Shown here in pieces: positions 24,423-39,129 of a DNA stretch of 64,000 nt. Numbering within the stretch: the stretch's first letter is position 1; each line of letters opens with the position of its first letter. A program made the translations under genes and the position numbers. Origin of the DNA: Balanoglossus misakiensis (lineage: Eukaryota > Animalia > Hemichordata); contig CM082587.2 of NCBI GenBank assembly GCA_040954595.2, forward strand, positions 5,258,206 through 5,322,205. The letters are read 5' to 3'. Under the pieces are notes generated by a model, which was not told the DNA's origin, ran no database searches, and saw only the letters and a program-made list of their open reading frames with translations.

Positions 24423-27400
24423 ATGTGTTGGTCGAGAATCCCCTCTCTCTCGTACCGTTACCTGTTCCGACCCGCCACCATGAAACAACTGCTGGTGATG
24501 TTTTCCGTCATCCTTCTTACCTATACGCTCATACTTATTCGGTTCACACCCAGAGTAGTGACGTGCAACTGTGAAGCAACCGTTTGGTGAGTATACTTCA
24601 AATTGTGTTGTTTCTGGGAAATCCCTCGCCAACGACCAATTGTTTTAGTCTATATTTTTGTCGCCCTTCACTTTGCTTTATTAGCTTGTTTTCAACCGAG
24701 ACGCGACAAGCACCATTGATGGTTGAAAGCATACGCGTAAAGTCATTGTGTGTAAATAGCTGAAGAAACACGACCGTCTACATAGCTCCCACCACCACAA
24801 CCGCCAACAATAATGAATTCATACCATTGTCTTCTCCGTTTTCGGCTATTGTCATCTATACTACACCCCTCACCTCTATTCAAAACGTCATGTTGGATCG
24901 ATCACACACTGACGACCTCACACACTTGTTTCAAGTTGCTAGGCAAACAGAACGCGGACATTCTGCGTCGGTTGAAATAAAACAAGAGCGTGCTCGTGTT
25001 TAAAATTACATTAATTAAAATGCAGGATACGGTTCCTGGGCAAGACCGAACGTGCCGAGGCAAACCCAACGTCGCCTGGCGTCTGAATGCGGAAACGATC
25101 CTACATTATGCCAATGTGACCACCAGAGGATGCACCTACAAATGCAAACACTGACTGAGAATTAAAAAACATTACTGCAAATGTACACAACAAATTATTA
25201 AGGCATTCGAAGCAGTTGCCTCCCCTCGCTCCCTGCCTCTCTCTCTCTCTCCCCCCTCCCTCCACCCATCCATTCATCATAAGAGGAGTACGCGTACTTC
25301 CTGCAAAGCTCAAAAATAGTTTTCCCATTCCCTGAACAGAAGACACTTCCAAAAGAATATTGGGAAAATAATCGTCATTCGAGGAACACCGAGTCACTTT
25401 TCTCACCACATCGATATTGTGAGTATTTGCTGAATATATGTACAGAGAACATGTATGATACACAAATCAGTTATCTCTCTTATACCCGTGGAAAGAATCA
25501 AGATTGATTCAACCATTGTATAAATTCTGTTCGCGGGTGTACGTATTTGCACATGATAATCTTCGCATATCAGGAAAGGGTTTAGCAGACGAACTTGCTG
25601 CCACACCCACTACGCACACAAGTAGACGGCATAAAATAAACAAGACACACTCTTAGATATAACTTTCTCCCTGTCTTAGGATTACTCACGTGAAACAAAG
25701 GAGACATGGGTGAGAGAATTGAACATGCTGACTTTTTTTCAACAGTTGCAAGCAAACGCTATTTATTATAATAACTTTAACAGCAAAGGTTTGTCTGGAA
25801 AGGCTTTCATTTGCATCGACTAGTTGCAGTATTACCCGAGGCCTTACCAATGTACTTGCTTGTAAAAAACCAATGGCGTTTTGAGACTGCAGGCAGGTGG
25901 CACGATGACGTCATCAATTGCGTTTGGTCGGGCGTGAAATGAAGTTGCAAATGTGATAACCAAACAGCCTGAGCATACCGTGGCACAGGCTAGCTTGTCG
26001 CCAATTACACAAAGCGACCAGAAAACGTTGGTAATTATGACTGGCCCCTTTGTAATGCTGAGGCTCTGCTGTCACTGTTTGCATATTGGCGATTGCGAGA
26101 TTTACACGCCTGTATTCATCATTGCACCGTTATTGGTATACGTTGTAGCTACAAGCGTTTAGCGAATTCCCACCCGACCCTTTAGCCAGTAAACAAACCA
26201 CAGGACATCGTAGCAGAAAAAGGAGTTTGCTATAAAAAGAATCGTTTTTTTTCTCGCAACATAAGTCACATGACTCACACCACCATTCTCATACTCGATG
26301 AATTATTTAAAAAAAATATTAATATTAAATTATGTCTCGCTGTGGTTTCGGCTTTTGTTACTGGTTGGGGAAAGAATAGATCATGATAGGCCGTTATAAC
26401 TAGCAGAACGATAAAAACGTCTCAGAGTATAAACCCTGAGTTGTCACGTTCATTTCTTCTAGGTCAGGAAATGACCAGAGGATAGCCAAGAGTGTTTTCT
26501 TCAAAGACATCGAAGAACCGGCGAAGAAAGCCAACGGAAACGGTGATGGGGAGGAACTCGACGACAACGGGGAAAACGACGGAGAAGGCAGCGTCGAAGA
26601 TGAAATAGAGGCCGACGAAGCAGGTCTGGAGGAGACGATAGCACCCGACAACAATATTACGAAGTATAATTACAGGTAAAGTTTCAGATCCATTGCCGGA
26701 AATGTCGACCGTGTTGTCCATATTCGAATAGATTTAATTTACAAATGCGATACCAATTTATTACGTCACCGTCACTAGAGAGAGAGAGAGGGTGGGGGGG
26801 GGGCGAGCGAGCAAGGGAAAGCTCAGTGACAATTAATCACCAAAACTTACGGATGCTAATTTCTGGCTCGGAGCCCTTGATGGTTGCCAAGGTGATCAAA
26901 CTCTGAAAAATCAGCCATCGCCGACGTGATGTGGTCTTACGCAACCGTTGAGACGACGCCGAGAGCAATCCTCTACCACCTTGTCGCATTCAAATACCAC
27001 CTTTGAAGCAAACGATCGATCGACACTTCACGACAGTTTTTTTTTTCTTTTCAAAACAACCAACGGGCGTTTTCAAGTAACTATGCCTGTGTGCAATTCA
27101 CCCAGATGTTAGTAGTGCAACACCAACACAGTACATACACATTATGCTATAGTCTTTTTACCGCGAATACTGTTGTTTTCTCATTTCGAGGAGGAATAAA
27201 GGAACAACAACAACTGAGAAATGTCTATTTTCACTTTCAGTCAATTCCTAAACGAAACACAGAACTTAAGAATGTACATAGAATATCTGAAAGTGAACGA
27301 CTTCTACGCGCCGTGGGAATTCAACCGGTCGGCGACTGGCGCTTTGAGGTAAACTGTTTTGTTTTGTCGTTGTTGTTGTTTGTTTGTTTGTTTTGGAGAG

Positions 27401-29283
27401 GGGTACTGGAGGGTGTCTGTTCCAGTGTAGCCTCTAGTGGCGAGGGTACTGAACTCACCGTGGTGATGGGGAGTTGAATTTTGCTCGCGGTACTTTGGTG
27501 GGGAATCGTACGTGGATCCCTGATATAATACTAACGCGTGAGCAGTTGGATTTTAATGACAATTTCTTTCTTCTTTAGGCGGATGATAGTCCGTAGGGCA
27601 AATGTGCCCGAAGATTTGTTTTTCACCCAGAATAATACAAAAGTGGGCTATCACTATGGATACACAAATGCATTCTGGACAAAGTTTAAAATCGCTCAAA
27701 ATATGTTCGATTCATTTCCCAAGGTAAGGAACATCGGTTGAATAGGACACAGAACCCCGATAGGCCCCCTTCATTCACTCACACTTTCAGTGAGCGACCC
27801 AGTTTCTCCATATAAAAATTCTCACCAGCCAAAGACTTCAAAACAGGGCGGCCTTCGAAATAGCACAATCCATTTTCTGAACAGAACGTGTTTTATTTCC
27901 AGGAAATCCCGGAAAGCTTTAGGAATCTGCGAAAATGTAGTGTCGTTGGGCCGAACACAATCCTCAAAAGTACAAGCTGTGGTAAGCAGATCGACAGATC
28001 GGACTTCGTATTCAGGTACAGTGGAACTTATATCATGTGTATATTTTTTCAAATCTTTAGATGGTGTGTCGCGTAGTATATTTCTGTGACGTGGAGTGGT
28101 TTATATCGGTGTGGTGTTTAGGGTATATGAAATGTTCAGTCAAGTAGGGGTATTTTTGTTAAAATATATCTGCGGCGTGACAATTTATGCGTATACTTGC
28201 GCCAGGTCATTATGCTCGCCACAGTGTAACAGGGGGACCATGAATGTGTTAATTACGAGATGGCACCCGACCAGATTTGTGTCTCGTGATGTGACGCGCT
28301 AAACCGTATTTTCAAAATTTGTCCTTCCAGGTATAACTTCAATTACCCCGGACGATACGTCTCTGACATCGGTCGTAAACACAGCCTCACCGTCATAGGA
28401 CCCAGTATTATAAAATCTTGGTAAGAAAATACAACTCTTCAATAGCAAAGTCAAAACTTACATTGTATTATTGTGTTTCCGACATGCAGGTTGCCATGTG
28501 ACTTTGGGGGGGGGGGGGGGGTTGGCGGAATTTCCTGAAATGGTTGCACAACAAAAATGGCCTATTTTCTCTCAACCCCGTATGTTTCTGCTTTGCCATA
28601 ATTCTTTACGAGCATATGACTGACTTTTTTTTCTCGCCTGTTTTGTCACCGCCCAGGTTTCAAGGACTCGTTGAATTAAAAGATCGATTGAACTACATAC
28701 GAAACGTGACGGCGCTGGGAGGGTATTTGGCCATCCCCATGACAACTTCCGGAATGGCTACGCTTGGAATGAAAGCAAAACGTCTGATGAGAAACGAAAC
28801 CTTGATATTCAACCCACAGACATACCGGGCGTTCAAGACAATTTTAACAGAACGATATAACCATTCGAGGCAACTGTCCACAGGTAACAATCCGAATAGT
28901 TCATATAATACGAACGTCAGCATTATATGGAGAAAAGTGTAATATGTTGATCTTTAATTTATTAGACTAGTAACTGCAATGCGCGGATACTAAACAGCTC
29001 GAACAATGAACAACCACCTGTTATGGAAGCCTCCAAGAGCTCATTTTCTGCAATGCTTTTGTTTTTCTTCGCAGGGATGTTTACATCGATGGTGGCGCTT
29101 TCACTTTGCAGAGAAGTGCATCTATACGGCGTCTGGCCCTATCGAAATGACTACAAAGGAGTCCCCGTACCATTCTACTTCTCGGAAGAAACTCGCACCG
29201 GTTACAACGTCGGCGAATACAAAATCCTCCGCGAGCTCCACGAGCATGGGGGTTTGCGGTTGCACCTTGGGCCATGTACGTGA
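24423..29283 (+). CDS. ST8Sia-like (GT29 alpha-2,8-sialyltransferase family) paralog 1, 8 exons, about 422 aa, degenerate catalytic motifs
   Basis: Exons 24423-24586, 26463-26675, 27241-27348, 27579-27723, 27903-28015, 28331-28420, 28657-28883, 29075-29283. Type II anchor LLVMFSVILLTYTLILI; L-motif CSVVGPNTILKSTSCGKQIDRSDFVFRYN; S-motif LSTGMFTSMVALSLCREVHLYGVWPY; ST8-type C-terminus LRLHLGPC. Confidence 0.88.
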
Positions 29284-30282
29284 CGTCACGTGAAGTCATC
29301 ATCTGACGTTTCTCCACAGAGGCAACACAATTGACGGTTCCGAGCGAAAGCCTTCGTTTGGCTGGTGGCCACAGTCGCTTGCAGATACCGGGTGTAAAAC
29401 GGGTAGACTCGCATTGTGACAGTCCCCGCAATGACAAAATTAAACCATTGCATCATTTGCACTGGTACGCGTAGTTTTCATCACGGAGCCGAGTTTATAT
29501 ATTCTCCGTAACACGCCACCGTTACTGCCATCCAGGTTTTAACCGGTGACCCAAGAAAGAAAATCAATTGACATTAGAAATAAACTTATTGGAAAATTCA
29601 GCAGGAACTGTGGAAGGACATATTCTCGTCTATGTTCTAGTAGACCGGAGAGGGGGGATTCACAATCTCCTGGTTTCACCCCCCCCCCCCACTGAGCGAT
29701 AAGCGAAATAAATATTATTGTAATAACATTAAAATCGTTTTCTTGGTTTGTGTGTATGCATTACAATTCTGTTCTCCTTTTTAAAATGATACAGAGGAAA
29801 TACATTCACGACAAAACACTTGCGCCTCGATCATTTCAGTTGTTTGCGCAGCTAGAAGAGATCTCTAAGGCGAGAACCATTTGATTTCGGGGTGGGGTAA
29901 ACGAATTTGGCACGTCAGCAATTCAAACAAACTGGATAGTAGGAAAGCGTGCCCTCTTTACTCCTTTTCTGTCCATGTCTGGTTACCTGGCGGTGACCGG
30001 CGCCAGCCAGCGGTAGCATTGGGGCAGGGGACTGTCAACTACCGTCCTTTGAACGCATTGTGACTGTTGTTCGAGGTGTTGCCAACCTTGAAAGATTGTT
30101 TCTTGTTGCCAGGTGACAGGTGCGCCCTCCTTGTTGTCGTCACTGGGCCAATTATCTCCCTTCAAAGCGTGAGAGATGGTTACGTAACGGCGGGACAAAG
30201 GGAAAGTGCAATACGTTACGTGCGGCTAATGATCGGCACAGCATACCGCGGCGACATTGGCGTTGAATCAATCGTCCCTACT

Positions 30283-33200
30283 ATGGCGATTCCGTGTCTG
30301 CGAACCTTGGGTTCGCCGGCAGTCGCTCGTTTGCCGCTCATTATCTCGACCAAACAGACTCTCGTCATATTCTGCTTCTGCCTCCTCGTCTACGTCGGCG
30401 TTGTACTGCAGTACGAACACACACAGTCGGTCCACTGTGAATGCTGGGATCGCAACAAGAGGCTACAGGGCTGGTAAGTCGGAGAGCTTCTTTTTATTGG
30501 TTCACCTTTTTCCCCCACTGATTTAATTGCCGCGCGCGACGAGATTTACGAGCGAGGTGTGTTCCTCACTGGCAACAGACAGGAGGAGCTTGGCCAACAT
30601 GACCCCGCCTAACGTTTCTCGTTATTACGGTCGTCTTGACAGAATATAAAACAAACAAGATAGTGGGATGACCGAAAATATGTAAATTACTGCATTCGCC
30701 TGTATTTGCGCTGCTAATACAGTGAAATTTAACGGAACATATCGAAACGAGACCGCATACTTTCCGGTGGTCTGCGCGCCCGTAAACACGAGAAACAATT
30801 ACAGGCGAGGAGGCTACCGGTGATAGAAGGGAGAACTTGGTGAGGACGACCTTTTAGTTAGGAGAGCGGTCCAAGTACGCCGGCTCGGACAGTCCTTGAA
30901 ATTCACGCCCTGTATCGCGAGCAAAAGGCCCGCTGGTGATATTTTCGAGTACGAACGATCCTCGTAAGTCCAAACTCGCATCGGTTCATAATTCCGACGG
31001 TGAATTTGGTGTCAGTGAATTTTCTTTGAAGCTAACAGCAGTGTGAGGCCAACGGAGCCGACCTTCGGTAGAAGTTTTGTGACTTACACAACAATTACGT
31101 ATACACTCTTCCATTTGACACCGTTCATTCCCGGGGCTATATTTCGGTCACCTGCTGTCTGAACGTTTCACAAACTCTCTCGACGTTTATCAGTCATACA
31201 CAATAACCACGACAACGCCCGATCGTAAACAAAAACGTCACAGACAACGTTAGGCAGGTAAATATTACCGGCCAAGCAAATTGAACAAACATGGACTACA
31301 AGGATTACAGAAATCATCGATTAACTCTGGCATGAATGTACAGCGCGGCTGTGCATGAATGCGCCCTTTCAAGACGATTTGTAAGTGGTCATTTTCCAGA
31401 TGTAAAAACCTAAGAAGAGCATTCTCTCTCTCTCTCTCTCTCTCCCTGAACATGTTTCGCAAATGACTTTTTTAAACAGACTAGTATTTAGTGGGGGTGA
31501 AAAACAAACGTCAAGACGACTCTTTAATAAATCTGCTGAGAGGGTGGCCAAGCACGCCTTCGTACAGTGTCTTCCAGGCCCATACCCATACCCTAATACA
31601 ACAGGTACAGTACTAGTCAGCTCCACGGCACGGTTTCATTGACGTGCCACGAATCAAAATTAATAAGGTAATTAGTATAATACAATGAATATTAAATTGG
31701 CATGGCAACTCCTTTGTCACGTTTCAATCTTTCGGATTAATCGCCAATACGTTTGGATTTCTCAAATTCTTACTCGGGGGAGAAAATTATTACCGATCAA
31801 AATAAAAAAATATCACCAAACGTAATTAGTCTAAGACTGAATGCACGCCCGTGTCGGTAAGGTGAAGAGTCGTTGATATTGCCGCATCCGCAGTCAGCCA
31901 TGATCCTTTCTATTAATATTATCCACTAACTGCGAGATTAAATACGGTCTATAATTTAATTTGGAGCTACGCACTGGTTAATCAGATTCAAGGCCTGTTG
32001 GATACAGTGGCCGTTTATGACGTGTGCCAGAAAGACTCGGACCGTTTCAAATATAATATCCAGTCACAATGATTGCGATGCAATCGTACTGATTATTTTA
32101 CAACCGTAAAGAGTCACAAAATCGTGTGGAAACGTTCTTTTTCATTCAAAATGAATGACCCTGAACGTGGTCGCCAACGGAAACATCGTGCAGTTTGTGG
32201 CCAGTCAATTGTGACTGCTAATTAATCAACGGTAGCTTTAATTAAATGTATACGGTCACCTAGGGAAATTTAACCACTGTTACCATGGAAATTTCAAATG
32301 CAGTATGACCACTTGCAGATTTTTAGTATGTGGCACACGCGAAAAAAGTGCGCCACCACTTTTGGCCATACATATAGGCTTATGTAAATTAGAGTTGGCC
32401 GTGTACCTTTAACGGCCAATTTTGTGTTGCGCGAGAAGCAATTAAATAAAACAGTAAATGACAGCAACAATCTGTGCCCTCTAATACGGTCTCTTCACCC
32501 TGACATGGGGTCGGGTGTACGGACAAAGTCCCTCCATTACCGCACAAAGGGAATTGTGGACAATGGCAGTTTGCTGTCATGTTGAATGAATGAAGGCTGG
32601 GTTTTTCGTTGTGTGTGTCACACTACATGCATTTTGTCCGATCACTCTTGCCGATTCCCACTACAGCGGAATTGTTACGTATACACTGCCTGGGGGTAAA
32701 TTGAAAGTTCTAATATTCAGATATCCAGACATCCAGCTGTGACTCCATTACAACGAGTAATCGATCACGTGATTACTGGTCGAAATGTACTGAGAAAAAG
32801 CAAGCCCTGAAATTGAATGAGTAGCAAATAAAAAAAAAAACTCGATCGGTGCTCAAAGTATACCCCTTTAACGACATTCCCTATGTTAGGGGAGGGAGAG
32901 GGGGAGAGTGCTGTTTTCCTCCAAAAGTGACGTTTTCAATTCACATTGATAAACCAAATTGATCGTGTCAACATCGATTGCTAATGGATTCTAATGGACT
33001 CATGGGCGAACGCGTGAAGTGGGACTGAAGCAAATACACGTCCCTCCATTCATGCAGTACGTATTTTATGTAACTGTGTTTGTTGAGGCTTTTTCTCAAC
33101 CATCCAGGATCATCCCACACACCGTGCTCTCGGCCCAACCCGATAGTTGCATCTATTTGCTATATGTTTCAATATCTTATAACCCAACAGAAATCTCCGT

Positions 33201-36200
33201 GCACGGAGAATTAACGGTGTGACAAAAACTCTCTATTGGCCGAAACTGCCGAAAAAGAAAACACTATTAACTAATACAGTTAAAATGAAATTGGAGTTTT
33301 GCTTAGGCCTATGTTATATTGAAGGGCGCCCTTTTGTTTTGTGACGGAGGTAACTGAGGAGCGTTATATTTATCCGGTGACAGTGTGTGACTGGGGTTGA
33401 ACGCGGAGATTTGTCTGAGTACAACTCAAGAGGACAAATTAATTAACTTTGATAATAGAGAATAGGTCTGGGTGTTTCAATATAAATAGATCATAAAACT
33501 AAATGGCATGTCTTGTCATGTCATGCACAAAAGATGGCTGCTTGTCCATTATTTGAATGCACCATGCTGTCTTTATAATACCAGTCAAGGTTTGTGTTCA
33601 ACGAACGTGCGTTTATTTTGAACGATTTTAGCATTGTTCATGTTGGATGGTTGCTTACAGGAGCTGTCAAATATCGAAAAGCCATGAAACACAATAAACG
33701 TATTGGTGACCCACGTGAAACAACTGTAAAATCAACCCCATGAGCATGCCTATGGCTGACGGAAAACGAATCGAGGTTCGGTCTTCTTTCTGAACGAGGG
33801 GGGGGGATACATTTGTTGCCGCACGTTTATTAGTTGTGTAACAGTGCACTAAGTGACAGGTTGGTCTTTAGAACCTGAACTCGCAGCATTTCCCAGGATG
33901 CACCTGTCGCCGTTAGAGGACGTCCATTCATCCTGGGGGCTGTTAAATTGATTGAGTCGTTAGGCTTGGCAGTAAACAACAACATGCTGTCGACATGTAT
34001 CGTTACCCGGCCCTCACACACAGATCTATGAAACGCATATACACTACTTCTACATGTCTCGGAGAGCAATGAAGCACCAGAAACACAACGGGCCCCGCCC
34101 TTAAAAGCAATCGCCACACCTTGTTAACGCTTGCGAAAATCAAGGAGTTCTCGCGCGGAAGTGTTTGACGTTATTACGTGTTCAAACAGTTACACAGAAA
34201 GACAAAACAAAACTGGGCTTTGCTGATAACGTTCACAGAAGAGAAAGTATCGATCCGTTGTTGTTTATCTTGACTGAAAGAAAAATCGACCCCCACAGCA
34301 AATTTCGTAGACTTGACAGCTGGAGGTCAATGGCCACATACGCAAAAAAGAACACCAGTCATGTCCCTGATCGGATAACAAACGGTAACCGTGCCAATGA
34401 CGTCCAATACTTCACTGTAGTGGCCGTACACGTCCTTTGCCAATCGGATACATTTGCAAGAATTTAAGTATTGGTAAATGGTGCCGTCTTCACCTTGATG
34501 ACAAGCGCAATGGCATATCTAATCGATATGTTATCTTCCATTATGTTGACCCAATGACCGTATTATTCTGCCGACCTCTGCTAATGACAACTCACTATTT
34601 GATTTGCTTGTCAGGATACCCGGCAGTGGGAATTCGACAGAAGAAGAAAGACAACGGTTAGCGGATTTTGAACGGTTGAAACAGACGTACAACACTCTTA
34701 CGCAGCCTTGGGAATTCAATGCAAATAGAAGCGCAGAGATCATGTAAGTATTCATCTCTGACGTCATGCAGGGAATCGCTGACAAATGATACCAGAACAG
34801 AGTGTTGAGTGGCTATGATTAATCCTGGGATATTAGACGTGAGGCATCGTTTCCAAGGGGCAATAACAACGGTTGCCATGGAAGCGTTACACTTGCCGCC
34901 GATTTCCAGGAAGTCATAGCGGGATGCTGTATTATAACTGATGCAGATGATTCAACTTTTGCAAGAATATAATTCATATTTGCATCACTTTCGTGCGTCG
35001 ATGCGTTGCGTGAGGCTAACATTTTGTCGTTTTCATTGCAGACATAAGTTAATAAACTCAACACATTCAGAAAGATATTTATTTCTCACGCAAGATACAA
35101 CTCGCATCGGTGACTTGAGACGATACACGCGAGAAGAGTCCATGAGTTTTGTCATTTCAGAAGATTTACATCGGCATTTGCCTAAGGTGAGTCATCGTAA
35201 ATATTTTTCAAATAACCGCTGGTGCATCTCTGGCTCACCAAATGCAATTTACCTTCTTATTTTTTACCTGATGCATCGTTTTATCTTTCAGACAAGGCCG
35301 ATCAACTTCTCCAGAGTCAAGAAATGCAGCATAGTGGGGAATGGGGGGATTTTGAAGAATAGCCATTGCGGCACAAATATAGACAAATCAGATCTGATAT
35401 TCAGGTAAGAATCTCGATCATCACGCGACAAATATTTGAACTAAAGTCACGTGTTTGCCGCGGCCCCTTTTTCGGGACAATAATGAAGAGAGTTAACTTC
35501 TGGTCCCATAGGTGTGCTTTTGAACACGCGGCATTGGTTTCCATGGTTACTTTATTCAGCTCGTGTATGCTGAAAGTATTCACCGTTATAAGCTCATAAT
35601 CATGCCGCTACCTGTGATTGCGATAAATGCTACCTACAGGCATGTGTGGTAATTGTCCTTTCTTTGTATATACACACAGGTGCAACCTGCAAGAATTAAA
35701 AGCATATGCGGTGGACGCCGGGCGTCTCAGCCATTTCGCCACAATGAATCATGGGATCGTTTGGAACAGGTATGGCGAATGTTGATATGGGGAAGGAAGG
35801 AAACCGGTTAAGTTGGAAGCATTACTGGCCCTTTGTTTTGTTGTTGTTTTTTTGTTACGGGATTAACGGTAGAACCAATACGACGAACACTTTATCAGGA
35901 ACCACATGCACATGTAGTTCAGGGAAATTATCCGTCCACGAAACAATACTGGGATTAACCGTAAATGCAGCGTTATGCAAGTGAGAACGAAGAAAGGGGA
36001 ATGTATTGTTGAAATGCGATGGACCCAGAATGTCAATACACAAAGCGAGGCCACCATAAGGGTCGTTCACTGTTATATTAGCCTGTGGTGAATCTATTCA
36101 TCGGTTTTCACTTTGATAACGGAGATAATTCTCTTGGAGTGGCGATGGGGCCTAGGAATTGAACAGAAACCATTGGCCGCCATTTTGTGAGATTTATGTG

Positions 36201-37094
36201 TACATTTATTTATTAATTGTACGGGTGCACATGTCGTGTTCATACCACGAGTGAAAAACTGAGCACTACTGCTACTTCGAATGCATCTACCGTCAACTTC
36301 CGGTAGCTTTGACGCCATGTTGCACTTTAGTCAGGAAGTGACGTATTTTAGGCAAGTTGTCGTATAACCTCGTCCCCGTTCGTCCCACCCATTTTCTCCC
36401 AGGTATAACCGGTTAACAGCGAAAGCAGACATAAAAAGATTTATCGCCGACGTGACGGAGTTCAGCGGCATCATTGCCATCCCTGTCGGGGGACCCAGGT
36501 CGATCACCATGGGCATCAGAGCCATGAAAGTTATGAACAGCAACAAGCGAGTCAAGTTCGTGTTCTTCAACCCCGAGCATTTCCTCTCACACCGAGCGTT
36601 CTGGAGTCAAAACATCACAAGCATCATGTCGACAGGTGAGAACGTTCGCACCTCTACTGTGGATTTCACTGGTGCAGTTTCACTGACTTAGGAAGGGACA
36701 GAAATTACAGGTGGTGTGTTGAAAAACACCGACCCCTCTGTAATTTCTGTCCGGTCCCTTAGCAGGGTAAAACACCGGGTCTTCTGAGACTGTGGTTTGG
36801 CGGGTACCTAATTAAAGCAGCGACCCACAAAGAGATACAAGTAAATTGATGTACTGTCTTTTTTCTCCACTAGGCATGTACCTCACGAGTTTAGCCATGA
36901 CGCTCTGCGACGAAATTCACCTCTATGGTTTCTGGCCGTTTGCGTACGACGTCAACGGCAGACCCATCCCCTTCCACTACACCGAAGACATTGATGCCAG
37001 CAGAGTGACGCACGACATGCCGGAAGAATTCAAACAGCTCATAGACTTGCACTTGCAAGGAGTCATAAAAATACACGTCGGGCCGTGCAGATAA
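30283..37094 (+). CDS. ST8Sia-like sialyltransferase paralog 2, at least 7 exons, about 373 aa
   Basis: Exons 30283-30473, 34615-34743, 35042-35186, 35292-35404, 35680-35769, 36403-36635, 36874-37094; extra stem exons in the 4 kb first intron are possible. TM LVIFCFCLLVYVGVVL; L-motif [30 protein letters not shown]; S-motif [25 protein letters not shown]; motif III FHY; VS HDMPEE; C-terminus IKIHVGPC. Confidence 0.92.
36690..36760. repeat. Short hairpin element (MITE remnant) in the last intron of paralog 2
   Basis: GGACAGAAATTACAG ... CTGTAATTTCTGTCC 15-bp inverted repeat, with inner GGTG-TGTT / AAAA-CACC arms. Confidence 0.6.
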
Positions 37095-37757
37095 CACATT
37101 TTCCCTTTACAAAATGGACAAATAAGAACACGTTTGCGGACAGTGGTTTGGACGTGCATGCCATGCCGGGGACGAGGATGGACGCCATCTTTGTTACTTG
37201 CTCGATGGCTCGGATTTATCAACACGTGGAACGATATGAGATGGTTCGTGCGCTTTGAGTGGGAAAACAAATCAACGCAATCAAGACTTTTAAACGTGCG
37301 ATGACAATCTTACTGGAGCTCGAACCCTCATGTGGGAAGTTTCCAAGTGCATGCACTGTAATGTAATGGAAGTGGTGCTTCTGCTAGTAAAAGGTATCCA
37401 CAATGACACCGGGTTCGTGCGAATGCGCACGTGCGTGCAGGCGTCGCATGGAGCGCCACCAGAGGACGCCAGGCCGGGTTTAAAACCCAGACACGGATAC
37501 TTAACTTCGTCTCTGAAACCGAACTGCTTCTACGTGTGATTTGTCGAGTCTGTGACTTTAAAGTTATACGACAGAGTACCCATAGCGACAGACTGCATTC
37601 CATAAAAAATACTTGACAATCGACAGCTTGATAAAGACTTCGCTATTTTATTTGTACAGACAGAGCTATTTTCTTGTTTCTACCTCAGATCATATTTAAT
37701 AGATTGGTGAATACATTACTTTCGCATCGAAACATTGCAAGATTTATTTTAATCACT

Positions 37758-37817
37758 GATTGATTGATTGATTGATTGACTGATTGATTGGTTGGTGAGT
37801 TGGTTGGTTGGTTGGTT
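37758..37817. repeat. (GATT)n/(GGTT)n microsatellite
   Basis: Seen directly. Confidence 0.85.
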
Positions 37818-39129
37818 ATCGTATATGATAATCATGGATACTCAATGATATTTTATAATATACTATTATATAAGTATTAGCCGTAGGTTTTTTTGTTTCT
37901 CACTATTACTGTTCATTGTATGAACTGCTCTTTCTGTATGCCATGGAAGACCGCCGACTGCATGTAGACAAGCCCTCTTTATGTGAAAGGAACATTGTTC
38001 GTGTTCAGTGGCAAAATGAATCCAGTTCCTGTGATGAATTCGGCAACAATGTCGACTCGACACAGCGGGGATGCTCTAAAGCTGATTTTCCAAGACATAT
38101 AACTGCAGCTGACGTGTAGAAGAACAGTCCGTAGTAAACCGCCAAAAGTTATGCCTAATGGCGATTTCAAATAAGGCAAAGTACTTAATTACTTTATGAC
38201 AAATCAGCAAAAAATGGCGCCCCTGTGCCGCTATGATTCATGGGAAGCAATCGCCATCTTGATTAGCCTCGTCATTGTGAAACGCCATTGCATTTTCCTT
38301 GTATTTTGGTCAAAATACGTCAAGATCACACTGCCTGGGTTTGTGATGTAAACAACGTCATTGTGAACTTCAGAGAGAGAGAAAAAAATCTCGGTAAATT
38401 TTACCACACCAATCAGTCACATTTTCGTGGTAAATTTCACCAAAGTGACAATCGATTTTTAATGAGTCACAAACCTGATTAGTGTAGACGGTTCAAAATA
38501 TAGTCATGTTGAAGCGTATTATTAGCGTATGGTGTATGTAGTTGTTTCAGGAACCGACATTTTTTTTACAAGTTTAGTATTTATTGAACGGTAAATAAAG
38601 TGATATCGAATTTGTTATTAAAAGAAGATGATTACAACATAGTTGTTTCATTTACTATAGATAAACATGGGGGGAGGGCGGGAGGGACGGTTGGTTGGTT
38701 GGTGGGTCATTTCCACATTCATCATTCATGCTGGTTACAACTCAGACATAACAATGCATGCACTTTGATACATTTAATTTCACTTTATTGCAAAACTGAC
38801 ATTCATTAAACATTTCACAAAATACCCAAGGTATTACGCAAGTGGGCAGAGGGGGAATGGTCAATGGCTCTGACTTGGAACCACGGTCACTCCACACAGT
38901 GACCGTGTTGGAACAAAGACATGTATGACGGATGCAGAAGAACAAGCAATGTTCTCAAATGGGAAACATTGTGTTGTTTAAAATTGACCCACCTTCGTTT
39001 ATCCTATTCAACCACAGATCATACTGTACGTGTACTGCATTACGTAAGATAAACCCTTTCACACACGGCTTTATTCATATTCAAATCACAAGAAAACAAG
39101 ATGGCGGCGGAACAGGCAAAGTGGTTGCG

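Noticed and set aside
34281-34384. Possible extra stem exon of ST8Sia paralog 2
   Set aside because: Its phases do not fit the flanking exons, and joining it directly to exon 1 creates a TGA.
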